A DNA stretch of 61,231 nt, filler included, from Circinaria calcarea (Eukaryota): the NCBI GenBank assembly GCA_051942165.1. It is 10 parts of 10 records of this genome, joined end to end, with 100 filler letters (N's around TTAATTAATTAA, not from the genome) between each part and the next. Parts side by side here need not be neighbours in the genome. Positions count along the whole stretch, not along the records: positions 18,433 to 24,465 come from JAVECS010001693.1; positions 24,566 to 30,596 come from JAVECS010001694.1; positions 30,697 to 36,725 come from JAVECS010001695.1; 7 more parts are not named here. The stretch is one strand, 5' to 3'. The first letter of the stretch is position 1, and each line of letters begins with the position of its first letter. The notes beneath the pieces were generated by a model. That model was not told the DNA's origin, did not search any database, and saw only the letters and a list, made by a program, of their open reading frames with translations. The position numbers were made by a program, and so were the translations under genes. Of the stretch, positions 22,127 to 34,553 are shown one piece after another.

Positions 22127-23677
22127 GCTTCCACCTATCAGTACAATAGCCGTATAGTAAAATAAATAAAGCAGAAGCGAACCTAATTATATTGCTTCAG
22201 CTGCAGTGAAATATTTGCAATCGTCATGGCGTTTGTTATCGTATGCGGCGGCTTGCCTTGTTCATTTTGGTTCTTTAACTGTACACAGATCTATCGTTCT
22301 CGACATCTAAATTCCTCTCGGGTAGTCCGTTGTAGATTTCAAGACGTATGTCAGGATATTGAACCTCTCGATTTTGGTTCTGAAGACCACCCACATTTCC
22401 CTCCATGTGTCCCTCCCAAGTCGACCCAGGCATCTTTAGCTGTACGAGAGAGCATCGGAATCGAGGAACCGACCGCGGTCATGAGTCGTTGTAGCTACCA
22501 TAAATCTCTCGATATCTCGCCCGGTCGGAACGGTGATAGGATTAATAAAGCTGCTATGAGCTTTTATATAATCCTTAATCGAGACCATCGATTCCGGGAG
22601 GAGTTTATCTGTATTTTAACGTGTTGACGCAGAAACTCTCAAATCGACTCGACTATAAAGCTTGTCCTCTGACCGTTTTTGACGCCCCGTTGAATTAGGT
22701 GAGCTGCTTAAATTAGATCTTAATGCTAATTCGGTTTTTGATGACTCGGGCGGTCAGGAAAATAATACTTTCTTGCTCGAAATATATAAAAGGATTTAAT
22801 GCGGTAAATATCTCGAGGTCGGACGAGTTAAAATCATTATTTATAATAAAATTTATCTTTATCGGGGCTGGAGCAATCACAAGAGAAATCAGCCCGGATC
22901 CATGAAGAATTCCTATCAGCAGATACCACTCACGTTTTTAGTTACCTGTTCCGAAATCCAGCCGGTATTCAATCCGATCTAAGTCAATGGGATATGCCTT
23001 TCAGCCCATTTGTATGACAAAGCCCTCGTATAATCAGGCAGATATCCTTGACGCCGAAATATTTGTAAAGACAGTATCACAACTGCTTCGAATAGATGCA
23101 TATAAGCTTTCCCGATATCTGCCCTGAATTCAGCTATCACAGCAAGACGTATACTCACTCCGGGCTGAGTCACAGTTTGAGCGTGAGCGACGCCTCTTTT
23201 CTGGTAATATGCAATGCCCCCCGGGACCCTTGCAGCGAAGCCATCGAAAATATACCGTTATGCGTGTCCACAAGCCCCATCGCGAAAGCCTGTCAACTTG
23301 TATGTTCACGGCACTGTTAACGTAATACCTATATAAAATCTTGTCGGAAAGCTTACTCAATACGTCGACGTATTCCCCCCCAGGAATTGACTTTCCAATT
23401 ACCTGGCAGTCGTAGCAAGTCAGCTAGCTCAACCGTAGTTTGCCCGAGGATAAGCTGCACTGATAAGAGTACAGCCTGAAGGTATGTCTCCATCAAGAAG
23501 TCCAGTTCCACGTTCTTTAGAAATAGCCACCACTTGAATAAATCGGTGGTTACTTCTTAGCTTCATTACGACTTCCACACCAAGTCGTTGAACGCATATG
23601 ATTTCTTCTGGCGCCCAAGTATATAGGTCCCGAAGACGCTTAAGCTACACCTTCTTCGTTTCCCAGCGCATCGAACT

Positions 23678-23920
23678 TGTTGGAATGTGGCAGAAGGAGT
23701 GGTTTTCCGTGCAGAAGTTCTGCACATCTGCACATTGCATGCAGAATGCTCCCGGAGGCTCAATGAACCCTTTGTTTGCTGCTCCGCTTCTAAGTGGGCA
23801 AGCTACAGGGTCATGACTACCATAAATACTACTATAAACCCATAGTAGTTCGATAGCTTCATACCATCAATTGACCCCTCCAAAATGCTCTCTCACAACG
23901 TGACCGTAGCTATTTCATCA
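23678..23920 (+). mobile_element. solo LTR, family B
   Basis: 243 bp TGTTGGAATG...TTTCATCA flanked by a perfect 5-bp TSD GAACT (23673-23677, 23921-23925); internal palindrome GTGCAGAAGTTCTGCAC and TATA-like CATAAATA/TATAAA. Confidence 0.85.
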
Positions 23921-24565
23921 GAACTAGCCGTCCGCCCGACACGTGATACCTCCTTACCTGGCTCTTCGTTAGTAGTGTTAGGGGAGGTGGTATTGTGGCT
24001 TTTCTGGTGGTTCCACCGTACTTTCTATGGTCCACTGCCTACTTTCGATGATGAGGTATGCCGTTTTTCCAGCTGTGGTCGTTACTGATTTCGCATTTTT
24101 AGAAACTCTTCCAGGTGCTAGGTCCAAAATTCTGCCAGTTAATCTCGTGGTGGTTGGAAGTAAACCTCATAGTTCGCCAGCGCCCCCGTATTTGGGCGGA
24201 CCGGAGACATGTTTTATCGTTTTTTCCCCTGTAGTCTCGAATGGTATGATTACCCCATCGTACCAAGATGGTTCTGGGGCTTATTACCAACTATATATGC
24301 ATGTGCTGGTAGATGCTGAACTTGGAGCAGTTCTTTCCATGATTCAACTGCATGCTATACTCATCCAATTCTGCAGGCGCCCCCTTAATAAGGAGTAGTG
24401 AAAGCGCGCGGTGATATTAGTGGATTCGCCATTTCGGCCACTCTTGCGCACAAGACAGTGGTCATNNNNNNNNNNNNNNNNNNNNNNNNNNNNNNNNNNN
24501 NNNNNNNNNTTAATTAATTAANNNNNNNNNNNNNNNNNNNNNNNNNNNNNNNNNNNNNNNNNNNN

Positions 24566-25438
24566 GGAAAGTTACCGCTCATGTCGATTTGCACCAAGAC
24601 CTGCCCAGAGCAACCGTTGCCTGCGCCAATGCCTATCGTTGGAATCCGTAACTTTTCAGTCACCAAGCTGGCGACTTCGGCAGGTATTGCTTCGAGCACG
24701 ACCGCAAAACAACCTGCTTCTTGTACCGCAAAAGCATCTTCAAGCACTTTTAGTGCACTAGCAGTGGTTTTGCCTTGGACACGGAATCCTCCCAAAGCGT
24801 TTTGACGCTGGGGTGTCAAGCCGACATGGCCAAGGACCGGAATTCCTGCTCTGGTGATACGCTCAATGGTCGGTGCCATTTCAAGACCCCCTTCCAGCTT
24901 TATTCCTTGCACACGGCCTTCTTTGACAACTCTGATTGCCGATTCGAGGCCTTGCTCGGGGGCTATTTCGTATGAGCCCATGGGGAGATCACCAATCTAT
25001 CCGTCTGAATTAGCCTTCAGCGGGAATCGATGAGAAAGGGAAATGCTGTTTTACAGTAAACGCCGCTTTGGTGGCACGAGAGACACTCCTGCAGTGTAAT
25101 ATCATTTCGTCCAGAACCACTTCACTCGTGTCTTCCATGCCGAGCGCTACCATAGCTAAGCTATCGCCAACCAGAATCATGTCCATGCCGGCAGCATCTG
25201 CGACATGCGCGCTCGGAAAGTCGTGAGCTGTAATCATCGTAATCGGCTCTTGCTTCTGGTACAATGAACGGAGAGTATTGATCGTCACCTTCTTACGGGG
25301 AGGTATCGCAGGATCACCCATGGGAGAATGTGAACTTTGTCGGATTTGGCATTGCGACAATGGTTTCACAGAGAGTGAAGGAGTCCATAGTCGCGGGATG
25401 GACTGTAGAGGACTTAGTCGCATGAGTTTTTGAGACAT
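24566..25438 (-). CDS. ECM31: 3-methyl-2-oxobutanoate hydroxymethyltransferase (PanB), mitochondrial precursor (3' truncated)
   Basis: ITMITAHDFPSA, ILVGDSLAMVALG, GDLPMGSYE, GIKLEGG, GHVGLTPQ and TIGIGAGNGCSGQVLV; one intron near 25000-25055. Confidence 0.95.
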
Positions 25439-26203
25439 GGTACCGGTATGGGTCTTTTTCGCTGACGATCGTCGTGGACAGATGGATGAGAGGTGAAAGA
25501 CCACGTCTTCTCATAATGACCGAATCCATCGTGATTTAGGGTGATGGATGGTGCAGCGCACTCGCGATACTGTTCAAGTTGAGGTTTGTTTCTTCCTGGG
25601 TCGCAGGCATTTCAATGTTAGCGCGGTCTTTTCGCAACAAATCAAATAAGCCCAAACCACGAGCTCGAATCGTAACGAGAACAGGAGTAGGCACCGGAGG
25701 ATACCCTCAATGTTCAATGTTTTGTGTTTCCTCTCAAAGAACCTGTGCGGTCTCTTCGCTGAGGAGACAGGCCGGAGCTTTGGCCGGAAGCCTTAGGGCT
25801 GACATTTTATGCTTTCATGAAATGTGCATAACTCCCGAGTTTGCCCCGCTTGCGGTTTGCCCCCATTAACCCCATGACCGAGTCAACCTTCGTAAGCCAC
25901 GAGCAACTCTCTTATCCAAAGGAAAGGTACATCCCAAAGCCAGAACCTACGGACACTACCACTCGTGTGCAAGCTACCAAACACACACATACACTGGTCT
26001 GATCCAAATATTGAACAAAGCAAGCGTCACAGGATCTCTTTATCAGCAAGAGCTTTGGAGCGCCCGCCAACATTTTTTAGTCTTAGACCAGACAACAGGA
26101 AACGTCCCGGCTGTGCGAACTACGCCCACGTCTGAAAAAATAAGGACGGTCGATACCTTGCCTTCTGCTGTGGCATCACGATCCATCAACTAGACGCATC
26201 AAA

Positions 26204-27273
26204 ATGAGTAGCCCAAAGAGGAGGATAGAGACGGATGTAAGTGGCCGAGGAATAGATACCTAGAAAGAGCATGACTATAAAGGTAGTCGGTAAAGGAAAA
26301 GAGCTGACATTTGTTCTGCCGCGGCATTAGGTGATGAAGTAAGAAGACTCCGATCATCCTTCAAAGGGGCTTTCAGTACTGACATGGGGCCAGGATGTAC
26401 GTGGCTACCAAGACCCAGGACGCAATTCAATACATGCAATGCCTGGATATTGGGCTGATGGGAATCGGCATAGGATGATGAGTGATTATGAGGTCACATT
26501 GGTCAATGACAACAGTGAGTAAGAAGTTCGATCACTGCTTGATCCAGTGATGACGGGTGCAAGACTCGAGAAAGCTGACATATGGTAGTGTATGGAAATG
26601 ATCTTTGCTACGCTAAAGAACGGGAGTTGATTGAGGGACAGGCAGGAGTTCTACGTCCGTTTCAAGGGCCCAGAGGAAAGTGAGTAGTACGATCCCTCGT
26701 GAGTAAGCTTCATGGCTGATAGTCTGCTTGCAGCTCCGTTCCAGGGAGGTCTCTGGAAAGTCCATGTAGAGCTCCCAGATCAATACCCTTATAAAAGCCC
26801 AAGCATCGGCTTTGTGAATCGCATCTTCCATCCTAATATCGATGAATTGTTCGATGCCCCTTTCAACTTATATGGATGTCGACTCATGACTGATTAGATC
26901 CGGATCTGTTTGCCTCGACGTCATCAATCAGACTTGGTCGCCCATGTTCGACATGATCAACATCTTTGAGGTCTTTCTGCCACAGCTCCTCCGATACCCA
27001 AACCCAACCGATCCCCTGAACGGTGAGGCTGCCTCGCTTCTAATGAGGGAGCCAAAGAGCTACGATGCCAAGGTCAAAGGTCAACCACCTATTCTACAAC
27101 CATCTTTCGTGGGCCGTCAACTGACGAGAAGGATATTAGATTACGTTACAAAATATGCGAGCAGGGAGGCCGCCGACGAAGCAGGAGATGATAGCGAGTC
27201 AGAGGACGAGATGAGCTCTGTAGGTAGCTTTGAGTCTGGAGATGAGGAACCGGCCGGGCAGATGGAGGTCTGA
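26204..27273 (+). CDS. UBC8: ubiquitin-conjugating enzyme E2 (Ubc8/UBE2H), 9 exons including micro-exons
   Basis: Exons 26204-26236, 26331-26338, 26394-26396, 26474-26514, 26589, 26642-26679, 26734-26848, 26898-27079, 27140-27273 give [69 protein letters not shown] and an acidic tail. Confidence 0.93.
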
Positions 27274-28908
27274 CCAACCGGATCTATCAAGGGGTAATGA
27301 GGCGTTGAAATGGTTGAACTGGAATAGCATGTATGGGGAACGGGATCGGCCGGCGGTGAGATATTCGAAGGAACAGTTATCCCTTCGCACCATAGCAAAT
27401 GTCGAGCATATTTACCTTAAATGTAACCTGGGAATCTAGACTCTCTAATGGTCCCTGTATGCTGCCTTGGGTCCTGTAATCATCCGCTCGACCAACACTG
27501 CTGGAACGTCGCGGCCGAGAGGAAGGTAGGCGCAGACTCCCGCACTGATCTAGCGCTAACGGATCAAAACACATGGCAACCCTGAATGTGGAGCCTCTGG
27601 ACGCCATTCTGCAGTCCGTGGAGGGATGAGGTGCAGCCTATGAGAGGGTGGAAAGCTCCTTGGTGAACTTGTGGCGGATCTGGAACCTCCCTCAGATCGC
27701 GTGCACATTCTGCGCTCAGCCTTATCCAAATGTCCGTCCGTTGTAGACCCCGTATAGTCCGGGAGATTGCACGAAAGTGCCGACATTTCCATGTGACACT
27801 TCTATCCCGCTCGGGCTGCTGACGGTCGCGCATAGATTGCTGGGTCGGTTGGCTTGTATTGGAGGTTGATTGATGTTATCCAGTTGCTGGTTGCGTGTCT
27901 TTCTGCCAATTGCCATGCCACCCCCCTGTTTCCCGGAGCCGGCGAGATTGGACCAGGGATGGAAGAGGAGGAAGCGAGAGAAGGATGAGGAGGCTGGCCA
28001 CGTGCGATATGCAGAGACGAGGGGTGCCGTCGTTAGCCTCTGCTGGAAGCGGAGCCTTTAGATGCGTTTCAGACCTCGATGCTGACCGTGGAGAAAAAGA
28101 GCGCATCGTGTTCGGATGGTCATGCCTGTTGGTGGGTGGCTCCTTGCTGATCATTCCTTTTCATCTGTGGCCGGTATACCCTGACCGACAACATGTCATC
28201 CCAACCAGTGAAAATCCGGTCTCTGCAGGTCGAAAACGATGCGGGGGCACACACATGTTTCGATTATCTTACGATCGCGAGAGAAGGCAGACCCCTTCAT
28301 CAGAGTCTTCCGGACAATGTCCCGCACGTTGAGAACGACTTTTGGCTATGGAGGGATCGGTAGCTTGCTTGCTTTATTTAAACCTTCCGCTACTCTGTAT
28401 TGCCCTCACTGCAGCTTCTGAAACATAGAAAATAACGTGGCCGTAGGGTAGCAAACTGATTTGGTTACCTTAGATTCGACTAGTTATGCATGAATTCCCC
28501 TGTAGCGCAATAGACCCCTGTCATCCTCCGTGCGAACTTTTGTAAACGAGGACGGGGGTTGCCTGTGGTAAAGTAGTCCTGACCGTCGGGCCGCCTCGTT
28601 ACAAGGGATGTACAACTGTACATTGACTTATACACAAACATGTTGTTGCTTACAGGACTTGATTGATGAAGGTAAATGTTCCTTGTCCCCCCCTTTGTGG
28701 CCACTAAGTTGACTTCCACCGCCGCGGATTACTCATGGAGCCTTCAGTAGGAATTTCACCATCACGACAGCCCACCAACTGCGCCGCCTAACTCAATTCC
28801 CCTTATTTGGGATCCCATCTCACCGAGGCACGCACAATTCGTTTACGGTCCTTTCCATGTAACGGCGGAGTTGATGATTCATACTGTACATATCAAGCTT
28901 CAGCTACG

Positions 28909-30596
28909 ATGGGTAATACCACTGGCAAGCCAGTCGTCTTCACTGATGAAGGTAAGTAAGCCAATCGCTCATTTATATTAACACTATCTCCGTGTGTCTC
29001 CGTATCTATATCCTCTGCATGATTCCAGTGGTGATCAGTAATTTCAAAGGTCTTGTCGCTAATGTGGGCTTTTTACTCCAGTGAATCTCAATCATTTCCG
29101 ATTGTTGCGCGTGGTAGGAAAAGGAGCGTTCGGAAAGGTTCGCATTGTCGAGCGTAAGGACACTGGCTTGACGTTCGCATTGAAGTACATTCGAAAGGAT
29201 GAAGGCAGGCCATATGAAAACCCGATGGACGTGATCCCAAGGGCTAACGTCCTCGTGTATAGTGGTTCGTTCGGAGAGTGTGCGCAATATTATTCGCGAG
29301 CGAAGGATGCTGGAGCATCTCAACCACCCGTTCCTCTGCAACTTACGATATAGTTTCCAAGATATTGAGTATCTGTATGCCTACGTCCGCCATGGTCCAC
29401 CGATCACCTCACTGATCGCTGTCTCAGATACATTGTGGTGGACCTTATGAACGGCGGGGATCTACGATTCCATATATCACGAAAGACTTTTACAGAGGAA
29501 GCAGTCCGGTTCTGGATGGCCGAGCTGGCATGCGCTTTACGTTATATCCATGAGCAGGGGATCGTACATAGGGATTTAAAACCCGATAATGTCCTGCTGG
29601 ACTCGGAGGGCCATGTTCACCTTGCAGACTTTGTAGGTATGCCCGGCTGCCGGGTCCATAAGACGGCGGCTGATGTCCATAGAATGTTGCCTCGGAGTTC
29701 AGACGCGATAAGCAACTGCATAGTAAATCCGGGACGTTGGCATACCTTGCCCCGGAAGTATACAGAGGGACTGGTTATTTGGACGAGGTAGATTGGTGGT
29801 CTCTAGGGGTCACGTTCTATGAGTCCATCTACAATAAGGTTTGTCTACCGCCGATTGCCCAGACTTGACTTAATTGACCACCGTGCAGAGGCCTTTCGAG
29901 GCGAACAACCATGAGAAGCTAGAAAAAGAGATTTTAAAAGGAACCCCAAACTTCCCCAAAACAAACCCTCCAGTTTCGATGCCTTGCCTGCATGCGATCA
30001 GTTCATTACTCGAAAAGGATATTAAGAAGAGGATAGGGGCACTGGATTTCAACACGTTTACAGACAATCCATTCTTCCGCGAGATAGATTTTGTAGCATT
30101 GGAGCAAAAGAAGATCCCACCGGTCTTTATTCCATCCAGTGAGAAGACGAACTTTGATGCGACTTACGATTTGGAAGAACTACTCTTGGAGGAAGCGCCA
30201 CTCGAAGCACGAGCTCGAAGACAAAAGCCGAGGGCGCAGTTGAAGAATGATGCGACGGTTAAAGAAATAAGAGACGAGGAGCTACATCGGATGATTGAGA
30301 CACTCTTTGAGCCCTTCAACTACACTATCACATCGTGTGAACAGTTCGTACCATCCATTCATGTATTTCACGGCTGATTACTGAGCATCACTGTTCTTTA
30401 GCAGTCAAACTACCACGGATGAGACCCAGAACTCTTCAAATGACTCACCCCACGCAATCTCGAGTGCGCTTTCACCGTCAAAGTCTAGTATAGAGGACCA
30501 GGTAACCTCACCAACCACAGATGTCCCATCACTTAGAGGGACACCTCAATTTGACGATGTACAGCTTCAAGTCACGGCTGATACGCCCGTGGGACC
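28909..30596 (+). CDS. AGC-group Ser/Thr kinase, YANK/STK32-like (3' truncated, multi-exon)
   Basis: MGNTTGKPV.. (possible myristoylation), [37 protein letters not shown] and [18 protein letters not shown]. Confidence 0.9.
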
Positions 30597-31767
30597 NNNN
30601 NNNNNNNNNNNNNNNNNNNNNNNNNNNNNNNNNNNNNNNNTTAATTAATTAANNNNNNNNNNNNNNNNNNNNNNNNNNNNNNNNNNNNNNNNNNNNAATG
30701 ATCCCGAGTGAATTCGTAGGTTGCTGGTTTATAGGTGACTGGTGGTGTTGGAAGTGGGGTGGGCGTTAAGGCAAGGCGGTGGAGATACAAGGTACTCTAC
30801 CTTGATGATGGCGGGATCCCACTAGGGCCAAAGGGGCCACCGAGTTTATGCATCATTGGATATTGCACGTCACGAGCATTCATCAACTGCACATGTCAAC
30901 GTTGACTTTCCCTGGTCTGATTCGATAATCCGATGTCCCATCTATTCAAGGTTATCTCTATACGTTGATGACCACCTCGGAGATCGTTTCATCACGACAG
31001 GCAACCCCTATCCACTAGGAATATGTACAATTGGAAACCGCCTCTCAGCCCCCGACCCCGTGCTCTTCCATGTACCGTCAAACTCAGCAGCTAGAAGAAT
31101 ACTCGAATATATTTCCCTAAACTTCTGATAGCAAGGTTCAAACCGAGACAACTGCAAGCCTGGTAAAGCAGATATGCTCCCCGAGCTCTACAGGACCATG
31201 ATAAACTCCTCGTTACTTGCGGAGCTGTTTCAAGGCTTTGCTTCCTCTTCTCGTGCAGAGCGTAAGCCACCTAAACAATTGCCTAGGAATCTTTCAAGCA
31301 TACAACGATATTATTTCCTTTGCACATCAGATGTGGGCAGGACGTATCTTCACGATCAATGATGATGAATCTAGAACCCGATTCCAAGAGATAGGCGTGA
31401 TAGAGAGTGACCCCGGTGAAAGCCCACCGTAGTCTACCACCCTGATGAGCGATGGACGATTCCCTCGGGACCAATCTACTTGCGCCGTTCCCATCCACAC
31501 GTAATTCGTGATTCCCATCCAGTGATTTCTCGGTCTCGTCGTTGGTATTGTATGCTTGGCTTGCGGCCGCGCCTTCGAGCTCGTAATTCCCTCTTTGATC
31601 TGGTTGCCAAGAATCATCTAGATCGCTCTTCGAAGCAGAAGCTGCTCTTGGAGCTAGACAACCAAGCCGAAAACCTCCCACCTCTTCCCACCACACCACT
31701 GCCCACCGCCAACCTTGATCATCCTCCTCGATATACGGCTTCAGTTGAGGATATTGCTGAAAATATA

Positions 31768-33992
31768 ATGGCCCCAGTAAGCAGCTCAACAAGCTCCAAT
31801 AAGGGCCGGTTGTGCAACGGCTAACTGGTCTGATCCGCACAGTCAAAGTCAAAGAGGGCCAGGCAGGAGGCTGGAGAACAGCAATATGGTATACAATCTA
31901 TCGTCACCCTGGAATTCATTCACAGTACCTAGGCTAACATGGCACATAGGTTCCATTTTCTCCGTGTCTGGGTAGGTTCAACTTTTACAGAGGAAACATC
32001 CTTAAATCTAATCAAGATAAAGTCCCGTTATCGTGGCAGAAAACATGATTGGATGTGCTATGTACGAGCTGGTAGGTATTGAACCATATCAATGGGTCCT
32101 CAGGTATTGACTCAGAAACAGGTCAAAGTTGGGCACGACGAGCTTGTCGGAGAGGTTATTAGGCTTGATGCAGACAAAGCTACCATTCAGGTTTACGAGG
32201 AGACAGGTACTACTCATATCTAGAGATGGGTCTGTACTTGAGGCTGATTTCTCCACCACTTAGCCGGGGTTACTGTCGGCGATCCAGTTTTGCGCACAGG
32301 AAAACCTCTCTCCGTTGAGCTCGGTCCGGGATTAATGGAGACCATATACGACGGGATACAAAGACCACTCAGGTCGATATCAGAAGAATCAAATAGTATC
32401 TATATTCCTCGAGGTATCGCCGTGCCGTCGCTAAATCGAGAAACGAAATGGGACTTCAAGCCCGGAGATCTGAAGGTTGGCGACCATATCACGGGCGGCG
32501 ATATCTTTGGGAGTGTATACGAAAACAGTTTGTTGAACGACCACAAAATTCTCCTACCTCCGCGTGCACGTGGTACCATCACGCGCATTGCAGAAAAGGG
32601 TAGCTACACTGTGGACGAAAAGATACTCGAGGTGGAATTTGACGGGAAGAAGTCTGAATACTCCATGATGCACACATGGCCTGTTCGTGTACCCAGACCT
32701 ACCAGCGAGAAGCTTCCGTCGGACGCTCCTTTTATCGTGGGCCAGCGGGTGCTTGACGCCCTGTTCCCTAGTGTGCAAGGAGGAACCGTCTGCATCCCAG
32801 GGGCATTTGGATGCGGAAAAACCGTTATCAGTCAGTCAGTGTCCAAGTTCTCGAATAGCGACATCATTATTTACGTAGGCTGCGGGGAGCGGGGAAACGA
32901 GATGGCTGAAGTGCTGATGGACTTCCCCGAGGTAAAAGTTGTCCTAGTACATGATTTGAACACGACTAATCACCTTTCCAGCTTACCATCAATATTGACG
33001 GACGTCAGGAACCCATCATGAAACGTACATCACTCATTGCTAATACGTCTAACATGCCTGTGGCTGCACGAGAGGCGTCCATCTACACCGGTATAACGGT
33101 TGCCGAGTACTTCCGAGACCAAGGAAAGAACGTTGCTATGATGGCAGACTCAACATCTCGGTGGGCTGAGGCACTTCGGGAAATTTCAGGTCGCTTGGGA
33201 GAGATGCCGGCTGATCAGGGCTTCCCTGCCTACCTCGGAGCTAAATTGGCATCGTTTTACGAGCGTGCCGGCAAAGTAACAGCTCTTGGTAGCCCTGAGC
33301 GAGAAGGCAGTGTCAGTATTGTCGGGGCTGTCAGTCCTCCAGGTGGTGACTTCTCCGATCCTGTCACTAGCAGTACACTTGGAATTGTACAAGTCTTCTG
33401 GGGCTTGGACAAGAAGTTGGCTCAAAGGAAGCACTTCCCTTCCATTAATACTTCCCAATCATACAGCAAATATACCACCATCCTCGACAGGTTCTATCAG
33501 AAGGAGAGCCCAGAATTCCCTCGCTTAAGAGATCGTATCAAGGAATTACTATCCAATTCGGAAGAACTCGATCAGGTTGTCCAGCTCGTGGGCAAATCTG
33601 CTCTTGGCGATTCTGACAAGATCACGCTAGATGTTGCCACTTTATTAAAGGATGACTTCCTACAACAAAACGGCTATAGCGACTACGATCAGTTCTGTCC
33701 TCTATGGAAAACAGAATACATGATGAAGGCATTTATGGGCTTCCATGACGAAAGCCAAAAGGCAATCTCGCAAGGCCACAGCTGGGGTAAGGTCAGGGAG
33801 GCAACGAGTGACCTTCAGAGCCAGCTTCGGAGCATGAAGTTTGAAGTCCCAAATGAAGGGGAGGAGAAGATCTCCAAAAAGGTATGGTCTCCTTCGAATT
33901 ATATGCATACAGACCTAGAGCTAATAGGACTATAGTACGACGAGCTATTGCAGCACATGACTGAGAAGTTCGCATCTGTAATGGACGAATGA
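31768..33992 (+). CDS. VMA1: V-type H+-ATPase catalytic subunit A
   Basis: Several short 5' exons; Walker [34 protein letters not shown] and [11 protein letters not shown]; no intein at the YVG/C site. Confidence 0.97.
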
Positions 33993-34553
33993 CGGGAATG
34001 GTCCCTTGTGTACAGCGTTGGGACTCACTAGGTTGAGGATGGTGTAAAACCCGGTGCTGCTGTGTACGTTGTCTTTCAAATCCTCAAAGTCGTCGGAGCT
34101 GTATTTAGAACAAACGAGTGTTTACTACTAGCCTAAACGCCCGTGGAACGATCTGTAGAATCATAGCTACTTCTGCTCTCTTTCAGGGGTACCCCCCCCC
34201 TTCCCAAGAATGCCTTTGAAAAGGTAACGGCGCGCGGGATCAAACCTATATTGAAACAACCAATTAGTGTACCTTTAGCTTTAATTGTGATGTAGTTTAA
34301 ATACCTTCGTAATCTAAGAGAGAGAATTAGGCATCGAGATTGGAGCTGTTTTTGTGGCAAATAATAGATAGAGAAGTCGTCGTATGCTGGGCCTTGAAGA
34401 ACAACAAAAGCCTAAGTATACAACCCCAATAACCCCTGCTTCTCCCAACTTACGAGACCTGTCTACTTTGGAAATCCACTCAGAATACTGTTTGATAGCT
34501 AAAGGAAAGCTCCACTAGAAATTACAACAGAAACCACTGCGATTCAACCCGTG

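Noticed and set aside
31283..31852. 189-aa minus-strand ORF upstream of VMA1
   Set aside because: Non-ATG start, overlaps the VMA1 promoter and first exons, no recognisable motif
32870..32900. VMA1 intein at the canonical YVG/C insertion site
   Set aside because: Sequence reads [11 protein letters not shown] continuously; the site is empty
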